From an uncultured Collinsella sp. (GTDB taxonomy: Bacteria > Actinomycetota > Coriobacteriia > Coriobacteriales > Coriobacteriaceae), in the NCBI GenBank assembly GCA_900547235.1, contig URFP01000001.1:53359-117358 (forward strand): 64,000 bases of DNA, in the 5' to 3' direction. The notes beneath the pieces are model-generated. The model made no database searches. It saw only the letters and a list, made by a program, of their open reading frames with translations, and had not been told where the DNA came from. Made by a program: the position numbers and the translations under genes. Shown here one piece after another: positions 61,429-64,000 of the stretch. Numbering within the stretch: position 1 is the first letter of the stretch; each line of letters begins with the position of its first letter.

Positions 61429-62559
61429 CTAGCTAATTGGTTGCTGCCTTGAAATATCCAAAATAGAGGACTTTATTGCCTCATAATCAGCAGGAACAAC
61501 AGTCCCCAAAGAAGCGTCAGCGATTTCTGCACAAGCGGTATTCTCCATCACAAGAGCCCTCGTTCCGCAAGACTGGGCCTCAGCAACAGTAAGGCCAAAT
61601 GTCTCTTCAACACCAGGGTGTAGAAATACATCAGCAGTGGAATATATTTCAGCAAGTTCCCTTGCATTACTAGTCTTGGAAAGACTCAGTATTCTATCCC
61701 CCGCATGAACCTTTTGTCTCTCATTAAGACCAACAAGAACAACTACATAGCGATTGGGGTCAAGCTCACGAGAAAGACGGACAAAAATATCAAGACCCTT
61801 GCGAGCACTCCAAGGACTAGCAACGCCAAGAATCATAAAACGGTTTCCGATTCCGAAATGACTGCGGAAGTCACTTGGAGTCGGCTTAAATACAGTTTTA
61901 TCAATTGAGTTGTACCTTACTTCCACGGGATAGCCCGATAGAAAAGATTCCGAAACCAAATTTGCCAACCAATTTGATGGAACAATCAACTTAAGTCGGT
62001 CAACCGGCAAGGAAGTAAACAGCCGTCTTTTTTCACGCCAGCACCAATTGCATGATGAGTCAGGGGCGAAAGTTGGCGGATAGGTTTTTAACTGGGGGCA
62101 TGCCTCTACGGAACAGCAAGACTCTTTCCATTGATTACAATTAACATATGAAAAATAAGCGCAATGTCCCGTAAACGCCCAACAATCGTGAAGCGTCCAT
62201 TCCACTTTGCACTCATTTTTCGCCAACCACCGAAATAAAATAGGCAGATTTAAATAATAACCATGAAGGTTATGGAGATGAACTACATCCGGACGAATGC
62301 TATCGAGAGCCTTAATTAAACGATAAGTTTGAAAGCGAGAATGAAAGCCAGACTTTCCATCAATAAAAGTCTCAATTACATCCATAATAAAATTAATCGT
62401 AGTTCCAAATTGGCGACCATTCAATACATCCTTATTGGCTCTGCGACCCCAAAAAGCATATGACTCTTCGCCGTTCTCCAGAAGAGAATTATGCTCAGCA
62501 AGCATAATCCTACCCGTAGATCCGTCTGGAACGCTGTTTATATGAGCGTAAACCGTCAA
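61429..62559 (-). CDS. GT4 glycosyltransferase (WcaC-like)
   Basis: GSTGRI, HLHNLHGYY, WTLHDCWAFTGHC, PSNWL, ETFGLTVAEA. Confidence 0.85.
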   Translation of the reverse strand: MTVYAHINSVPDGSTGRIMLAEHNSLLENGEESYAFWGRRANKDVLNGRQFGTTINFIMDVIETFIDGKSGFHSRFQTYRLIKALDSIRPDVVHLHNLHGYYLNLPILFRWLAKNECKVEWTLHDCWAFTGHCAYFSYVNCNQWKESCCSVEACPQLKTYPPTFAPDSSCNWCWREKRRLFTSLPVDRLKLIVPSNWLANLVSESFLSGYPVEVRYNSIDKTVFKPTPSDFRSHFGIGNRFMILGVASPWSARKGLDIFVRLSRELDPNRYVVVLVGLNERQKVHAGDRILSLSKTSNARELAEIYSTADVFLHPGVEETFGLTVAEAQSCGTRALVMENTACAEIADASLGTVVPADYEAIKSSILDISRQQPIS

Positions 62560-62560
62560 G

Positions 62561-63778
62561 CTAAACTTCCTCGAAAAAAGTATCGGGGTCCTCGGGGTCG
62601 AAGGGCTCGTTTGCCCACATGACCGTCACGAGGTCCTCGGTGTCGGACAGGTTGGTTATGGAGTGCGTGTAGCCGGGAATCATCTCCACGGCGCGCATGT
62701 CAGACCCAGAAACTATATACTCGTCGACGGGGAACGGGTTCCCCTCGGCATCCTCCCCTACTTTCCTCAACTTGATCGACGCGGTGCCGGAGACCACCAG
62801 GAACCTCTCCCACTTGCTCATGTGCCAGTGGTTTCCCTTGGTGATGCCTGGCTTGGACACGTTGATGGAGACCTGACCGCGCTCTGGCGTGCGCAGGAAC
62901 TCGGTGAACGAGCCACGCGCGTCCGTGTTAGGCCTGAGGCCATAGGAAAAGTGCCCCGGCTCGTAGTAGGAAAGAAACGTGCTCCAGAGCTTCTTGGAGA
63001 AGGAGCCCTCCGAAAGGTCGGGCACCGAGAGCGTCTCGCGGCTGTCTCGGAAGCTGTCGAGCAGGTAGACGATCTCGCCCAGTGTCTTCACGTCGGTGTT
63101 AGGGACGTAGCAGAACCCGTCTCCCTCCACCCTCTCGAGGCCCTCGTAGCCGCAGCGGTGCTCCTCGCCCAGCAGCGCCCCCAGCATCTCGTCGACCAGG
63201 TCGTCGATGTAGAGGAGCTCCAGCTCCACCGAGGGGTCGTTCACGGTGTAGGGGCGGCCGTTGGCGATGGCGTCGCAGAAGGTGGCCACGGCGGAGTTGT
63301 AGCGCGGGCGGCACCACTTGCCGTAGAGGTTCGGGAAGCGGTAGATGAGCACGGGCGCCCCCGTGCGCTCCGAGTACTCGCGGAAGAGGCCCTCCCCCGC
63401 GAGCTTGGACTCGCCGTAGACCGAACCCTCGAAGCGGCCCGACAGGCTCGCCTGCGCGGAGCTGGAGAGCATGACGGGGCATCTGTTGCCGTGGCGCTCC
63501 AACGTGTCCAGCAGCGTGGAGGCGAACCCGAAGTTGCCCTCCATGAACTCCGCCTGGTCCTCGGGGCGGTTGACGCCGGCCAGGTTGAAGACGAAGTCGG
63601 CACGGGAGCAGAAGTCCTCCAGCTCACCGGGCGCCGAGTCCACGTCGTACTCCATGACCTCGAGGGGAAGGAGTTGCTGGTATTTGGCACGGCGGTCCTT
63701 ACCGTCCCTTATGTTCTTCAGCGCGCAGCAGAGGTTCTTCCCGACGAAGCCCCTGGCGCCGGTAACGAGGACGCGCAC
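62561..63778 (-). CDS. fnlB: UDP-L-FucNAc pathway reductase/epimerase (FnlB/CapF/WbjC)
   Basis: TGARGFVG, LAGVNRP, YGESK, PNLYGKWCRPRYNS, cupin KGNHWH..GYTH..WANE. Confidence 0.9.
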   Translation of the reverse strand: MRVLVTGARGFVGKNLCCALKNIRDGKDRRAKYQQLLPLEVMEYDVDSAPGELEDFCSRADFVFNLAGVNRPEDQAEFMEGNFGFASTLLDTLERHGNRCPVMLSSSAQASLSGRFEGSVYGESKLAGEGLFREYSERTGAPVLIYRFPNLYGKWCRPRYNSAVATFCDAIANGRPYTVNDPSVELELLYIDDLVDEMLGALLGEEHRCGYEGLERVEGDGFCYVPNTDVKTLGEIVYLLDSFRDSRETLSVPDLSEGSFSKKLWSTFLSYYEPGHFSYGLRPNTDARGSFTEFLRTPERGQVSINVSKPGITKGNHWHMSKWERFLVVSGTASIKLRKVGEDAEGNPFPVDEYIVSGSDMRAVEMIPGYTHSITNLSDTEDLVTVMWANEPFDPEDPDTFFEEV

Positions 63779-63779
63779 C

Positions 63780-64000
63780 CTACTGCACCGCCTCGTGCTC
63801 GCGGCCTTCCAGGGCCAGCTGTACGTACTCGGCGGTCTTGATCTTGGCGATGGTGCCGGCCACGTCGAGCCTCTCGGTGTTGTGGGAGGTGTAGGACTCG
63901 TCGGCCTGGGTCTCCACCTCGCCGTCCACGACGAACTTGTCGTAGTTCAGGTCGCGCGAGTCGCAGGCCACGCGGTAGTAGCCGCCCATGTCCTCGGCGC
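63780..64000 (-). CDS. fnlA: C-terminus of UDP-GlcNAc 4,6-dehydratase (FnlA/CapE/WbjB), truncated by the window edge
   Basis: EDMGGYYRV..D.RDLNYDKF..YTSHNTERL is the CapE-type tail; directly upstream of fnlB. Confidence 0.82.
   Translation of the reverse strand, partial: AEDMGGYYRVACDSRDLNYDKFVVDGEVETQADESYTSHNTERLDVAGTIAKIKTAEYVQLALEGREHEAVQ

Overview
GC-rich bacterial chromosome segment. Gene content and codon style suggest Coriobacteriia, possibly Collinsella; this is an inference, not a database result. Bases 1-39.7 kb are housekeeping: ppdK and its regulator, glyQS, lepB-trmD-rimM-khpA-rpsP, dinB, rsfS-yqeK-nadD-obgE-rpmA-rplU, a radical-SAM pair, mreBCD-pbp2-rodA, a P-type ATPase, tRNA-Arg(CCG) and a complete shikimate/Phe/Tyr operon with a candidate attenuator leader. 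From 39.8 kb to the window end lies a mosaic, partly AT-rich cell-surface glycan locus. It holds glf, an O-antigen-ligase-like membrane protein, two SLH (S-layer homology) proteins, a polysaccharide pyruvyltransferase, tRNA-Arg(UCU), Wzm/Wzt, two GlfT2-like transferases, a GT2/DUF2304/GT-C-like triad, GT4 enzymes and the UDP-L-FucNAc pathway. The most striking feature is the cytoplasmic Wzt ATPase, which carries SLH repeats where a carbohydrate-binding module normally sits. This suggests one pyruvate-reading fold may be used both to gate glycan export and to anchor surface proteins. Function is hypothesised from motifs read by eye; no searches were run.
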